From: Mobula hypostoma
Taxonomy: Eukaryota
DNA: 64,000 nucleotides
Direction: 5' to 3'
Assembly (NCBI RefSeq): GCF_963921235.1
Contig: NC_086097.1
Coordinates: 63,862,001-63,926,000, forward strand
Under the pieces are notes generated by a model, which saw only the letters and a program-made list of their open reading frames with translations, had not been told where the DNA came from and made no database searches. Of the stretch, positions 23,523 through 37,141 are shown in pieces; within the stretch, counting starts at the first letter, position 1; each line of letters begins with the position of its first letter. Both the position numbers and the translations under genes were made by a program.

Positions 23523-24308
23523 GTAAGTTTCCAGCTGTTTCTAAATGAGCTCCTTATTCCCTTTGAATTCAGTGACAATAATTTTGAACTGAGCGTTATA
23601 ATTTTAAAAAGTCAGACTTTAGGCATTCCTGCTACATCAAGAGCTTTTTCTTCCAATATAAAAATATTAAGGCATGCTGTTTTACGAAAGTTTATGCAGG
23701 GAGTGATGATAGGTAACTAAAATATTTAAACATTATTGAGTTGAGGATTGATCTGAAGATATTCACAATGGTTGAATATTTTCTTCCTGATATTTGGTAG
23801 GATGGTGGAAAGAGCATAGAAGTATAATTTCTATCCATAGAATTAGTTAAATTCAACTAGTCCTGTTACTGTGCTATAAATATATTAATACTCCTTTGTA
23901 AAGAACATTATTAAACTTTTGGGGAAAAATAATAATTCATCCCTCTTGTTTGTAGCCTGCATTTTGTCCAAGTTTCTTCTAAATGTATTAAATATTGAAA
24001 GATCTGCCCAGTTCTCTGCCCTTTGAGTTGTATTGCAGGTCTGCAGATTTGAAGCATTCTTGACATTTGTCCTGCCTGAGATTGCAATGTATTTCTTGTT
24101 GCTAACCAGCAGCTGAAGAAAATCTCTAAATAAGATGTTGTCAAAGAAATCTTTTCTGCATGTTATTCCCAAGTTGCCAGAGTAGGCATGGTAGGAGCAG
24201 AAATTGGATGCATTAGGCCTTAAAATATAATTTGAAGTTCTGGTTAAGTAACAGTTCAGAAAAGCAATAAGTAAAATGTATGCTCGGTGGGCAGTACTCC
24301 AGAATATA

Positions 24309-24845
24309 CATTCAGTGGCCACTTTATTAGGTATCTTCTGTACCTAATAATGTGGCCACTAAGTGTACGTTTGTGGTCGTCTGCTTCTGTAGCCCATCCA
24401 CTTCAAGGTTCAATGTGTTGTGCATTCAGAGGTGGTCTTCTGCACACCACCGTTGGAACGTGTGGTTCTTTGAGTTACTGTTGCCTTTCTGTCAGCTTGA
24501 ACAGGTCTGGCCATTCTCCTCTTGACCTCTCTCATCAACAAGGCATTTTTGCCTGTAGAACTGAATTTTTTTTATTTTTTGCTCTATTCTCTGTAAACTC
24601 TGGAGACTGTTGTGTGTGAAAATCCCAGCAGATCAGCCGTTTCTGATATTCAAACCACCTCACCTGGCATCAACAATCACTCCATGGTCAAAGTGACTTG
24701 GATCACATTTATTCCCCATTATAATGCTTGGTTTGAACCACTACAGTTGCAAGTAAAAGTCTGTAAACCTTTTAAAATTATTTGGTTTACTGCATTAATT
24801 GTATTAATTACTCATAAAACGTGGTCCGATCTTCATCTAAGTCAT
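24309..24845. mobile_element. Tc1/mariner-type non-autonomous remnants (two adjacent termini)
   Basis: TA-CATTCAGTGGCCACTTTATTAGG and TA-CAGTTGCAAGTAAAAGT termini typical of fish Tc1 TIRs (recognised from memory). Confidence 0.55.
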
Positions 24846-24964
24846 ACCCACATTTCTCTTGATATTGCAGTAACTTCTGTAAATAGGGAGTGATTTTTTT
24901 TCAGCAGGATAGAAGTCCTTTCCTGTGCTAATTTTGAACGGGAAATTATGTATTATCTTTACAG

Positions 24965-25074
24965 AATAACTGAAGCAGAATTCAAAATGGATATTGCTTT
25001 GAAGGATCCACTTTTAATTGAAGTATCTGGAACAGCAGCATTAAGTGCTTCAGCGCTTGGCCCACCATACAGAG
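24965..25074 (+). CDS. MIA2: MIA2 coding exon (ITEAEFKMDIALKDPLLIEV...PPYR)
   Basis: tttacag acceptor. The gtctgc donor is weak but gives the phase 1 needed for the next exon. Matches 'LTETELKFELLEKDP'. Confidence 0.8.
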
Positions 25075-25317
25075 GTCTGCATTCTTTTTCATTCTTCTGG
25101 ATATTCTATCCACCACAGTAAATTTACTTCAGTCTTATCATATAGCAGAGGTTTTGGTTGGTGCACATCCTTTGGTTATTGGTGTAATGAGACTTCATTT
25201 ATGTAAGAATCAGCCCAGTTGTTATTTACCTTAATTATATAGGTTTTAAAAATTAGATGTTTGATTTTAATATCAAAAATTAAAGCTGTTTTGTTTTTTT
25301 TTACTTCATAATTATAG

Positions 25318-25449
25318 GAAGAAGTTCTCCATATGGCCCTTCTCCGGTGGGTCGACCTGGCTCCGAACCTATGGGCTTTCTATCACCTCCATTACTAGAT
25401 GGGCCCTTAAGGTTTTCACCTTTGTTTCCTGGGAAACCAGACTCTAAAA
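25318..25449 (+). CDS. MIA2: MIA2 coding exon ([14 protein letters not shown]...[19 protein letters not shown])
   Basis: AG/GT boundaries, phase 1 to 1. Matches 'HSPYGPSPLG...FLSPPTLLEGPLRLSP'. Confidence 0.93.
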
Positions 25450-26226
25450 GTAAAGTATTTAGCAAAATAATCTGTTTGAAATATTTTTCATACTAGTTAA
25501 GTCATAGCCAGAGTGACGCATACTATCCAAGAGATTTATAAAACTTTTGCCAGATCTTCTTTTTTAATTAAGAGAAAAGATTAGCTAGGCTGGTATTATT
25601 TTCTCTAGAACAGAGGGTGCTGAGGGGAAATTTGATCATTGTATAAAATTATGATAGATTAGCAAAGAAGGATGTTTCTCTCAAGTTCTAGGCTCAGTAA
25701 CTGGGAAGTGCGCCACTTTTGTATAAAGAAATCAGATCAAAAAATATAAAACAAGTTTGCTTAACCAATTAATGCATTTGGAAAGAATGTGAGGTGATGT
25801 AAGAAATATTAGAGTAGGGTTGAAGAAAGATAGTGTCACCAAGAGGGATGGTAAAAATCTGGAACCTGCTGCCTTCAAGGGTGGCCAAGGCAATTCCTCA
25901 TTGCACTCAGTGTAAAATTCTGAATGACCACATCTTTGATATGATGGACAAATAACTATATGGGCCCCTTCTCAGAGGTTATGGACATAATGGGTCAAAT
26001 ATCCTCTTTCTGGGATGTCTATGATTGTAAAATTATAGAATTGCTGAATAGTTGTATAGTAATCTGATTTTATTAATGTTTTCCGCAGTAATATAAGCAT
26101 ACTCCTGTCAGCATACTAATTAGCTTAGGTTGTGAACTATTCTACGAAATGTTCTACATGTAGTATTTATTTTATATATGAAAGAACTGGCTTGTGTAAT
26201 TCATTTGGTGTATTGTTTGTCCATAG

Positions 26227-26379
26227 CGAGAGGTCCATCAATCCATCTGGATCGCACAACTAATGAAAATACAGATTCTGTTTCTGACCGAATGTCTGAT
26301 CAGCATGGTCCACAGTCAGACAGTGGTTCACTGTCCCCTGTGTGGGAAAGAGATCGTAAGCTGTGCAGAGCATCACCAG
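26227..26379 (+). CDS. MIA2: MIA2 coding exon (RGPSIHLD...QSDSGSLSPVWERDRK)
   Basis: ccatag acceptor and gtacga donor, phase 1 to 1. Matches 'SDTGSLSPPWDQDRR'. Confidence 0.9.
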
Positions 26380-26577
26380 GTACGAAAGAATCCATATAAA
26401 ATATCCATCTACTGAGTGGGTATATAGGTTCTGTGACTGAGATTACTTGAATATAATTTTTTAATAAATGTCAATGTCTAGTCCTGTGTATGTTTTAAGG
26501 GAATTAAGATTTTGAAGAAGTGCTTGACCAATTGGATGCATTTCACATTCCTGTACATCTACAATGTACACTTGTAG

Positions 26578-26763
26578 ATCCTTTATCTCCCTGTTCTCAG
26601 GCATTGGATGGAGCAGGGGTTCCCAACCTGGGCTCCACTGACCCCTCGGTTAATGGTAGGGGTCCATGGCATAACAAAAGTTCTGTGGACCAACCGAATC
26701 TCTTTTTTCAGCCAGAACAGGTACAGTGTAGCACTGCATTTGTAATTCTCGCAAAACAAATAT
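26578..26763 (+). CDS. MIA2: Probable MIA2 coding exon containing a hAT MITE (DPLSPCSQALDGAGVPNLGSTD...LAKQI)
   Basis: cttgtag acceptor, open frame and gtaagt donor, phase 1 to 1, at the position where one exon is expected. Similarity to human is low, and an alternative donor exists after 26720. Confidence 0.55.
26614..26682. mobile_element. hAT-type MITE remnant
   Basis: CAGGGGTTCCCAACC terminus and internal ggggtccatggcataa shared with 41054-41093. Confidence 0.75.
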
Positions 26764-26779
26764 GTAAGTGAGAAGGTCA

Positions 26780-29700
26780 GACAGTGAGAGTAGGAATGCG
26801 ATGAGGTGGAGGATAAATGCGTGGCTGAGGGATTGGAGCAGGGGGCAGGGATTCAAGTTTTTGGATCATTGGGACCTCTTTTGGCGCAGGCGTGACCTGT
26901 ACAAAAAGGACGGGTTACACTTGAATCCCAGGGGGACCAATATCCTGGCGGGGAGATTAGCGGGGGCTACTGAGGTGATTTTAAACTAGAATGGTTGGGG
27001 GGTGGGAATCAAATTAAAGAGGCTAGGCGTGAGGAGGTTAGTTCACAACAGGGGGATGGGAACCAGTGCAGAGAGACAGAGGGGTGTAAAGTGAGCGTAG
27101 AAGCAAAAAGTACAAAGGAGAAAAGTAAAAGTGGCAGGCCGACAAATCCAGGGCAAGCATTAAAAAGGGCCACTTTTCAACATAATTGTACAAGGGCTAA
27201 GAGAGTTGTAAAAGAGCGCCTGAAGGCTTTATGTGTCAATGCAAGGAGCATTCGTAATAAGGTGGATGAATTGAAAGTGCAGATTGTTATTAATGATTAT
27301 GATATAGTTGGGATCACAGAGACATGGCTCCAGGGTGACCAGGGATGGGAGCTCAACGTTCAGGGATATTCAATATTCAGGAGGGATAGACATGAAGGAA
27401 GGGGAGGTGGGGTGGCGTTGCTGGTTAAAGAAGAGATTAACGCAATAGAAAGGAAGGACATAAGCCGGGAAGATGTGGAATCGATATGGGTAGAGCTGCG
27501 TAACACTAAGGGGCAGAAGACGCTGGTGGGAGTTGTGTACAGGCCACCTAACAGTAGTAGTGAGGTCGGAGATGGTATTAAACAGGAAATTAGAAATGTG
27601 TGCAATAAAGGAACAGCAGTTATAATGGGTGACTTCAATCTACATGTAGACTGGGTGAACCAAATTGGTAAAGGTGCTGAGGAAGAGGATTTCTTGGAAT
27701 GTATGCGGGATGGTTTTTTGAACCAACATGTCGAGGAACCAACTAGAGAGCAGGCTATTCTGGACTGGGTTTTGAGCAATGAGGAAGGGTTAATTAGCGA
27801 TCTTGTCGTGAGAGGCCCCTTGGGTAAGAGTGACCATAATATGGTGGAATTCTCCATTAATATGGAGAGTGACATAGTTAATTCAGAAACAAAGGTTCTG
27901 AACTTAAAGAGGGGTAACTTTGAAGGTATGAGACGTGAATTAGCTAAGATAGACTGGCAAATGACACTTAAAGGATTGACGGTGGATATGCAATGGCAAG
28001 CATTTATAGGTTGCATGGATGAACTACAACAATTGTTCATCCCAGTTTGGCAAAAGAATAAATCAAGGAAGGTAGTGCACCCATGGCTGACAAGAGAAAT
28101 TAGGGATAGTATCAATTCCAAAGAAGTAGCATACAAATTAGCCAGAGAAAGTGGCTCACCTGAGGACTGGGAGAAATTCAGAGTTCAGCAGAGGAGGACA
28201 AAGGGCTTAATTAGGAAGGGGAAAAAAGATTATGAGAGAAAACTGGCAGAGAACATAAAAACGGACTGTAAAAGCTTTTATAGATATGTAAAAAGAAAAA
28301 GACTGGTAAAGACAAATGTAGGTCCCCTGCAGACAGAAACAGGTGAATTGATTATGGGGAGCAAGGACATGACAGACCAATTGAATAATTACTTTGGTTC
28401 TGTCTTCACTAAGGAGGACATAAATAATCTTCCAGAAATAGTAAGGGACAGAGGGTCCAGTGAGATGGAGGAACTGATGAAATACATGTTAGTAGGGAAG
28501 TGGTGTTAGGTAAATTGAAGGGATTGAAGGCAGATAAATCCCCAGGGCCAGATGGTCTGCATCCTAGAGTGCTTAAGGAAGTAGCCCAAGAAATAGTGGA
28601 TGCATTAGTGATAATTTTTCAAAACTCGTTAGATTCTGGACTAGTTCCTGAGGATTGGAGGGTGGCTAATGTAACCCCAATTTTTAAAAAAGGAGGGAGA
28701 GAGAAACTGGGGAATTATAGACCGGTTAGCCTAACGTCGGTGGTGGGGAAACTGCTGGAGTCAGTTATCAAGGATGTGATAACAGCACATTTGGAAAGCG
28801 GAGAAATGATCAGACAAAGCATGGATTTGTGAAAGGAAAATCATGTCTGACGAATCTCATAGAATTTTTTGAGGATGTAACTAGTAGAGTGGATAGGGGA
28901 GAACCAGTGGATGTGGTATATTTGGATTTTCAAAAGGCTTTTGACAAGGTCCCACACAGGAGATTAGTGTGCAAACTTAAAGCACACGGTATTGGGGGTA
29001 AGGTACTGGTGTGGGTGGAGAATTGGTTAGCAGACAGGAAGCAAAGAGTGGGAATAAACGGGACCTTTTCAGAATGGCAGGCGGTGACTAGTGGGGTACC
29101 GCAAGGCTCAGTGCTGGGACCCCAGTTGTTTATAATATATATTAATGACTTGGATGAGGGAATTAAATGCAGCATCTCCAAGTTTGCGGATGACACGAAG
29201 CTGGGCGGCAGTGTTAGCAGTGAGGAGGATGCTAAGAGGATGCAGGGTGACTTGGATAGGTTGGGTGAGTGGGCAAACTCATGGCAGATGCAATTTAATG
29301 TGGATAAATGTGAAGTTATCCACTTTGGTGGCAAAAATAGGAAAACAGATTATTATCTGAATGGTGGGCGATTAGGAAAAGGGGAGGTGCAACGAGACCT
29401 GGGTGTCATTATACACCAGTCATTGAAAGTGGGCATGCAGGTACAGCAGGTGGTGAAAAAGGCGAATGGTATGCTGGCATTTATAGCGAGAGGATTCGAG
29501 TACAGGAGCAGGGAGGTACTACTGCAGTTGTACAAGGCCTTGGTGAGACCACACCTGGAGTATTGTGTGCAGTTTTGGTCCCCTAATCTGAGGAAAGATA
29601 TCTTTGCCATAGAGGGAGTACAAAGAAGGTTCACCAGATTGATTCCTGGGATGGCAGGACTTTCATATGAAGAAAGACTGGATGAACTGGGCTTGTACTC

Positions 29701-30115
29701 GTTGGAATTTAGAAGATTGAGGGGGGGATCTGATTGAAACGTATAAGATCCTAAAGGGATTGGACAGGCTAGATGCAGAAAGATTGTTCCCGATGTTGGG
29801 GAAGTCCAGAACGAGGGGTCACAGTTTGAGGATAGAGGGGAAGCCTTTTAGGACCGAGATTAGGAAAAACTTCTTCACACAGAGAGTGGTGAATCTGTGG
29901 AATTCTCTGCCACAGCAAACTGTTGAGGCCAGTTCATTGGCTATGTTTAAGAGGGAGTTAGATATGGCCCTTGTGGCTACAGGGGTCAGGGGGTATGGAG
30001 GGAAGGCTGGGGTGGGGTTCTGAGTTGGATGATCAGCCATGATCATAATAAATGGCGGTGCAGGCTCGAAGGGCCGAATGGCCTACTCCTGCACCTATTT
30101 TCTATGTTTCTATGT
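26780..30115 (+). mobile_element. Young 5'-truncated CR1 LINE, ORF2 with three frameshifts
   Basis: ORF1 end, APE endonuclease, RT (FADD) and a (TTCTATGT)n tail. Indels near 28478, 28818 and 29727 relative to the twin copy at 56628-60124. Confidence 0.95.
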
Positions 30116-30542
30116 CAGCAAGATTTTCATATTTTCAAAATTTGTAGAAAGAAAATATAACTATGATTAACTGTTTTAAATTTTGATAAATTTCAATGAA
30201 TGAATGTCATTAATGGTCTGAAATAGACTTGAATGACCCAATTTACTATTTTAACAGACCTACTATTGCATTGGTCCCTGGTAGACTCAAAGTTACGGGA
30301 TGCTTTTAAGTAAACCAATGAGGACAAACTTATGAAAAATATTAGCTGAAAAAAATATACCTATCCATGGAAGAAAATGTTACTTATGTAAAGGTCAACT
30401 TATTCTAGAATTGTTAGTCATTTTTTAATGCACAAAATATTTCTGAATTTGAAGTTTTTCAAAGTTTTAATTAGATTTCAGTGTTTGTTTTTTTTCCCTG
30501 TTGGGTGAAAAAAATGACATATCATTTGTGACCTGTTTCATA

Positions 30543-31080
30543 TATAGAAACATAGAAGCATTGAAAAATCTGAACCACTGTAGAACATTTGGTCCTTCAA
30601 GTTTGTCTTTCAATATGATCATATCAATTCCTCTGTGTCATTGCTATATTCCTGCCCATTGCGTCTAGAAATGTGTCTACCTCCTTTTTAAATATAGTCT
30701 GCCACTTGGCCTTCTGTGATACTGAGTTCCACAGAATGAAGACATTTCTCCTTACCTCATTCCTAAGTGTCATACCACATATCTTGATACTTTTGAGTTC
30801 TGGTTCTAGATGCCCATTCCATATCTACGCCTGTACTTGTGGTATCATCCTATCAAGCCCTGTCAGAATTTTGAATGTTGCAATTAAACATTCTCTTATT
30901 CTTTTAAAGTTTAATGAATGCTGCTTTTGTCAGTCAAAACTTTTCCTCATACAGTCCTGTCATCTCAGTCTGGAAAACTTCTACTGCATCAAGAGTATAT
31001 ATCTCCTTCGTTGTTTTAAGGATATCAAACCTGGACACAATACTCCAAAAGTCTTCTCCTATACAATTATAGTAAGACAT
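30543..31080 (-). mobile_element. Old CR1 3' fragment
   Basis: atagaaacatagaa tail in reverse orientation and degraded RT C-terminal sequence. Confidence 0.55.
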
Positions 31081-31094
31081 TCCTCCAAAGCCTT

Positions 31095-33718
31095 CAAAGG
31101 TGGTATACAGATAGTGTCATGGCTGCAGAAAGGGAGGAAGTCACGGAGGGATTGTCTACTGAGTCTTTGTGGGTGGAAGTTAGGAACAGGAAGGGGTCAG
31201 TAACTCTACTGGGTATTTTTTATAGACCACCTAATAGTAACAGGGACATCGATGGGGAGATAGGGAGACAGATTCTGGAAAGATGCAATAAAAACAGGGT
31301 TGTTGTGGTGGGAGATTTTATTTCCCCAATATTGATTGGGATCTCCTCAGAGCAAGGGGTTTAGATTGGGTGGAATTTGCTAGGTGTGTACAGGAAGGTT
31401 TCCGGACACAATATGTAGATAAGTCTACAAGAGCAGAGGCTGTATTTGATCTGGTATTGGGAAATGAACCTAGTCAGGTGTCAGGTCTCTCAGTGGGAGA
31501 GCATTTTGGAGATGGTGATCACAATTCTATCTCCTTTATCATAGCATTGGAGATGGATAGGAACAGACAAGTTAGGAAAGCCTTTAATTGGGGTAAGGGG
31601 AAATATGAGGCTATTAGGCAGGAACTTGGAATCATAAATTGGGAACAGATGTTCTCAGGGAAATGTACAGCAGAAATGTGGCAAATGTTCAGGGGATATT
31701 TGCATAGGTTTGTTCCAATGAGACAGGGAAAGGATGGTAGGGTACAGGAACCATGGCTGTTGAAAATCTAGTCAAGAAGAAAAGAAAAGCTTACGAAAGG
31801 TTAAAAAAACTAGGTAATAATAGAGATCTAGAAAATAATAAGGCTAGCAGGAAGGAGGTTAAGAATGAACTTAAAAGAGCCAGAAGGGACCATGAGAAGG
31901 CCTTGGCAAGCAGGATGAAGGAAAACCCCAAGGCATTCTACAAGTATGTGAAGAGCAAGAGGATAAGATTTGAGAGAATAGGACCAATCAAGTGTGACAG
32001 TGGAAAAGTGTGTATGGAACCAGAGGAGGTAGCAGAGGTACTTAATGAACACTTAGCTTCAGTATTCATTATAGAAAAGGACTTTGGCAATTTTAGGGAT
32101 GGCTTACAGCAGACTGAAAAGCTTGAGTATATAGACCTTAAGAAAGAGGATGTGCTGGAGCTTTTGGAAAGCATCAAGTTGGATAAGTCACTGGGACTGG
32201 ACGAGATATACCCCAGGTAGGCTGTAGCTGTGGGAAGTGAGGGAGGAGATTTTGGAGCCTCTGGCAACGATCTTTGCATCATCAATGGGGACGGGAGAGG
32301 TTCCAGAGGATTGGAGGGTTGCAAATGTTGTTCCCTTGTTCAAGAAAGGGAGTAGAGGTAGCCCAGGAAATTATAGACCAGTGAGTCTTACTTCAGTTGT
32401 TGGTAAGTTGATGGAGAAGATCCTGAGAGGCAGGATTTATGAATATTTGGAGAGGCATAATATGATTAGGAATAGTCAACGTGGCTTTGCCAAAGTCAGG
32501 TCGAGCCTTAGGAGCCTGATTGAATTTTTTAAGGATGTGACTAAACACATTGATTAAGGTGTAGTGTATGTGGATTTCAGCAAGGCAAGGTACCCCATGC
32601 AAGGCTTGAGAAAGTAAGGAGGCATGGGATCCAAGGGTACCTTGCTTTGTGGATCCAGAATTGGCTTGCCCACAGAAGGCAAAGAGTGGTTGTAGACAGG
32701 TTATATTCTGCTTGGAGATAGGTGACCAATGGTGTGCCTCAGGGATCTGTTCTGGGACCCCTTCTCTTCGTGATTTTTATAAATTACATGGATGAAGAAG
32801 TGGAGGGATGGGTTAGTAAATTTGCTGATGACACAAAGGTTGGGGGTGTTGTGGAAAGTGTGGAGAGCTGTCAGAAGTTACGGTGGGACATTAATGGGAT
32901 GCAAAACTGGGGGGAGAAGTGGCAGGTGGAGTTCGACACAGATAAGTGTGTGGTGGTTCATTTTGGTAGGTCAAATATGATGGTAGAATATTGTAAGGCT
33001 CTTGGCAGTGTGGAGGATCAGAGGGATCTTGTGGTCCATGTCCATAGGACACTCAAAGCTGCTATGCGGGTTGGTTAAGAAGGCATACGGTGCATTGGCC
33101 TTAATCAACCATGGGATTGAGTTCAAGAGCCGAGATGTAATGTTACAGCTGTCTCGGACCCTGGTCAGACCCCACTTGCAGTCCTGTGCTCAGTTCTGGT
33201 CACCTCACTACAGGAAGGATGTGGAAACTATAGAAAGGGTGTAGAAGAGATTTACAAGGATGTTGCCTGGATTGGGGAGCTTGCCTTACGAGATTAGGTT
33301 GAGTGAACTTGACCTTTTCTCCTTGGAGCAACAGAGGATGAGAGGTGACCTGCTGGAGGTGTATAAGAAGATGAGAGGCATTGATCGTGTGGATAGTCAG
33401 AGACTTTTTCCCAGGGCTGAAATGGCTAACATGAGAGGGCACAGTTTTAAGGTGCTTGGAAGATGAGATGAGATGTATGGAGGAGATGTCTGGTAAGTTT
33501 TATACGCAGAGAGTGGTGAGTGCGTGGAATAGGCTGCCAGCAACTGTGGTGGAGGTAGATACAATAGGGTCTTTTAAGAGACTCCTGGATGGGTACATGG
33601 AGCTTCGAAAAATAGAGGGCTTTGGTTAACCCTCAGTAATTTTGTAAAGTAAGTACATGTTCAGCGCAGCATGGTGGGCTGAAAGGCCTGTATTGTGCTG
33701 TAGGTTTTCTATATTCTA
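31095..33718 (+). mobile_element. Degraded CR1 ORF2 copy
   Basis: YRPPNS, NYRPVSLTS, GVPQGSVLGP and FADD motifs across frames, plus a CR1 tail. Confidence 0.92.
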
Positions 33719-33979
33719 ATAAGAAGCAAAGTAACCAACTCTTAATAAAAGTTAAGATGTTGATTTCTAGCTATAACTTGGGCTCAGAGTTTAGATCATT
33801 TTTTTCCTTAGCAGCAATGATTTATAAATTGGTACACCTCTACATTTGGAAAAGTGTTGTTCTGAATATATTTTCTGACTCTCTACATACATGTACATTC
33901 CTGTTTATTTACAATAGCTTACATTGCAAAAGAGAAATACAAAAAAAATAGATTTGGTTGGGTGGGGGGGGGGGGTGCA

Positions 33980-36847
33980 GTTTAAATGAGAATTGCAGGG
34001 AACTGCGAACCAGAGTTCCAGGACAGCAAGTGGAATGGTTTTGGGTAAAGTAGCATTAAGCCTACATAAAAAGACAAGAACTAAAAGGTTGAGAATGATG
34101 GGGCTAATGTTCTGTCTATTTCAATGCAAGAAATATTGTAGGTATGAGTTCGGAGGATAAATCAACACATGGAATTATGATTTTGTAGCCATTAGTGAGA
34201 CTTGGTTGCAGGAAGGGCAGGACTGGCAGGTCAGACATGATAGTGGGGCACAATTTAAAAAGAGAAAGGTACTAGTCATGGAAAATGATACAGCAGTGCT
34301 CAGACAGGAGTACTTGCCTACTGAAGCTTTATGGGTGGGATTGGAGAATAAGAAAGGAGCGTCCACTTTAATAGGAGTGTAGTATAGACCTCCCAATAGT
34401 CAGTAGGATTTAGACAAGCAAATTTGCAGAGAGGTAAGAGTTACAAGAAAAAAAAGGTTGCGATAGTAGGTGATTTTAACTTTGCACATATTGACTGGGA
34501 TTGTCAAATGTGCTCAGCGAGGTTTCCTTAATCAAAATACATAGAAGTCACAAATATAGAGAGCACGATACTAGATCTCCTATTAGGGAATGAGACAGGG
34601 AAGGTGACAGATCTAGTATTCACAGTTCCATTAGTTTCAGCATAATTATGGAGAAGAATAGGACAGGTCTTGGATTGAGATTCTAAATTGGAAAATGTCC
34701 ATTTTTTTTTGATGGCAGGTGAGGACTAGGAATGGTTGTTTTCTGGCAAAGGGATGCTTGGTAAGTGGGAGGCTTTCAAAAGTGAAATATTGGGAGTACA
34801 GAGTTAGTAGGTTCCTGTCAGAATAAAAGCCAAGAATAACAGGTTTAGGGAATCTTGATTTTCAAGGGATATTGAGACCCTGGTTAAGGAGTTGCATAGC
34901 AGGTATATGCAAGAAGTAAGAAATGAGGTACTTGAAAAGTATAAGAAATGCAAGAGAACACTTAAAAGGGAAATCCAGAAGGATAAAGGGGGACATGATG
35001 TTGCTCTGATAGACAACATGAAGGAGAATTCCAAGGGTTTCTGCAGATACATTTAGAGCAGAAAGAAAAACAAGGAACAAAATTTATATTTACTATATTT
35101 ACTCAGGAGGTGGACACAGTATATAGAGCTGAGGCAAAACAGTAGTGAGGGCCGTATCCAGATCACAGAAGCTGTCTTGCTGTCTTGAGGTACGTTAGGG
35201 TGGATAAGTAAGACCCCAGGGCATGACAAGGTGTCATCTTGGACTTTGTGGGTGGCTGGTGCAGAAACTGTAGGGGTCCTCGCCCAGAGATATTTAACTA
35301 TCCTTGGCCTCAGGTGAAGGGCTGGAGGATAGCTAATGTTGTTCTATTGTTCAAGAAAGGCTGTACGAATACACCAAGAATTTATAAGCAGTGAGCCTGA
35401 TATCAGTCATGGGTAAATTATTGGAACATATTCTAACGGACAGGATATATATATATAAAAGTATTTTCATAGACAGGGATAGTCAACTTGGCTTTTTGTG
35501 TGATACATCATGTCAAATCAGCCTTAGAGTTTTTTGAGGAGGATAGCAGGAAAGGCAGTGGAGGTTGTCTACATGGACTTTAGCAGAGCCTCTATCAAGT
35601 CCACATGGGAGGCTGATCCAGGAGGTTCAGTTGCTTGACATTCAGGATGTAGTAAATTTGTTTCAACATTAGCTTAGCAGAAGGTGGAGCGTGCTACTAG
35701 ATGGTTCACTCTCTGACTGGAGATCAGTGCTGGGCCTGTTGTTTGTCATCTCTATTAATGACTTGAATGATAATGTGGAAAACTGGATCAGCAAATTTGC
35801 AGAATACACCAAGGTTTGGGGCATACTGAGCAGTGAGTAAGGCTATCAAAGCTTGCAGATCCAGACCAGCTGAAAACATGGCAGATGGAGTTTAATACAG
35901 ACAAGTGTGCGGTGATTGCACTTTGGGAGGACAAACCAGTGTAGGACTTGCACAGTGGAAAGTAGGGAACTGGGGAGTGCAGAAGAACAGGGGAATATAG
36001 ATCCATTAATTCCGTCAAGGTGGCATCACAGGTCGATAAGCTTGTAAAGAAAGCTTTTGGCACATTGGCCTTCATAAATCAGAAGACTGAGTACAGGAGT
36101 TGGGATGTTATGTTGAAGTTGTATAAGATGTTGGTGAGCAATACACACAAAATGCTGGCAGAACTCAGCAGGTGGAGGAGCATCTATGCAAATAAATGAA
36201 CAGTCAATGTTTTGGCCCGAGATCCATCATCAGGCCCCAACGAAGGGTCCTGGCCCAAAACTTCACCTGTTCATTCACTCCCATAGATATTCTGCATGAC
36301 TTGTTGAGTTTCGCCAGCACTTTGTGTGTGTTGATCTGGATTTCCAGCCTCTGCAGGATCTCTTGTGTTTATAAGATGTTGGTCAGGCCAAATGTGGGGG
36401 TATTGTGTGCAGTCCTGGTCACCTATGTACAGGAAAGATATCAATAAGATTGAGAGTACAGAGAAAACTTACAAGGATGCCCCTGGACTTGAAGACCTCA
36501 GTTATTAGGAAAGATATGATTAGAATTTGACTGTATTTCCTGGAGCATAGGAAAATAAGGGGATATTTGATAGTGGTATAAAATTTGAGAGGGTATAGAT
36601 GGGATAAATGCAAGCAGGTTTTTTTTACTGCAGTTGCATGACACTAGAACTAGAGGTCATAGTTCAAGGGTGAAAGATGAAATATTTAAGGGGAACTTCA
36701 CTCGGAACGTAGTGCAAGTGTGGAACGAGCTGCTGGGATGGGAGGGGTATGGTAGCCTATACTCCAGGTGCAGGCCAGTGGCACTGTGCAAATCACCACA
36801 CTGAATGGGCCAAATGGCCTGTTTCTATGCTATTGTGTTCTATGACT
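33980..36847 (+). mobile_element. Highly degraded CR1 (ORF1/ORF2 junction to 3' tail)
   Basis: ETWLQEG-like, YRPP and RT remnants, and a tail ctatgctattgtgttctatgact. Confidence 0.8.
36139..36369. mobile_element. Palindromic Penelope-derived mini-element inserted into a CR1
   Basis: TSD TATAAGATGTTGGT at 36122-36135 and 36370-36383. Inverted arms acacacaaaatgctggcagaactcagcagg / ttgttgagtttcgccagcactttgtgtgt. Confidence 0.8.
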
Positions 36848-36887
36848 AAAACTATCTGATATATTTATAACTCACTTTCACCTTCAG

Positions 36888-36973
36888 CTTTGATATGTGA
36901 AGATGGGCGCCCCAAACTAGAAAATAGCATGCAAACTTCAAATTCTGCTTCAGAAAGCCAGGCCCAAGATTGT
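36888..36973 (+). CDS. MIA2: MIA2 coding exon (LICEDGRPKLENSMQTSNSASESQAQDC)
   Basis: ccttcag acceptor and gtaagt donor, phase 1 to 0, fitting the flanking exons. Low sequence conservation. Confidence 0.7.
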
Positions 36974-37141
36974 GTAAGTGTAGTCCATTCTTCTTGTGTC
37001 TTATTTCTGCACAGATTATTATGTTTGCATACCATTAGAGCATTTGTTCATAATGAGCTTCAGAGTTATTGGAACCTCTATGCTTTTATTTGATTTGAGA
37101 CTTTATATTGGAGAAGTAGCCATGTATAATCTTCTCTGCAG

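Noticed and set aside
26601..26720. Exon using the strong-looking ttctcag acceptor at 26600
   Set aside because: In the required phase it hits TGA within the MITE sequence.
27360..29634. Long antisense ORFs over CR1 ORF2 (also 57105-59384)
   Set aside because: Shadow ORFs. Their presence in both copies only reflects the near-identity of the copies.
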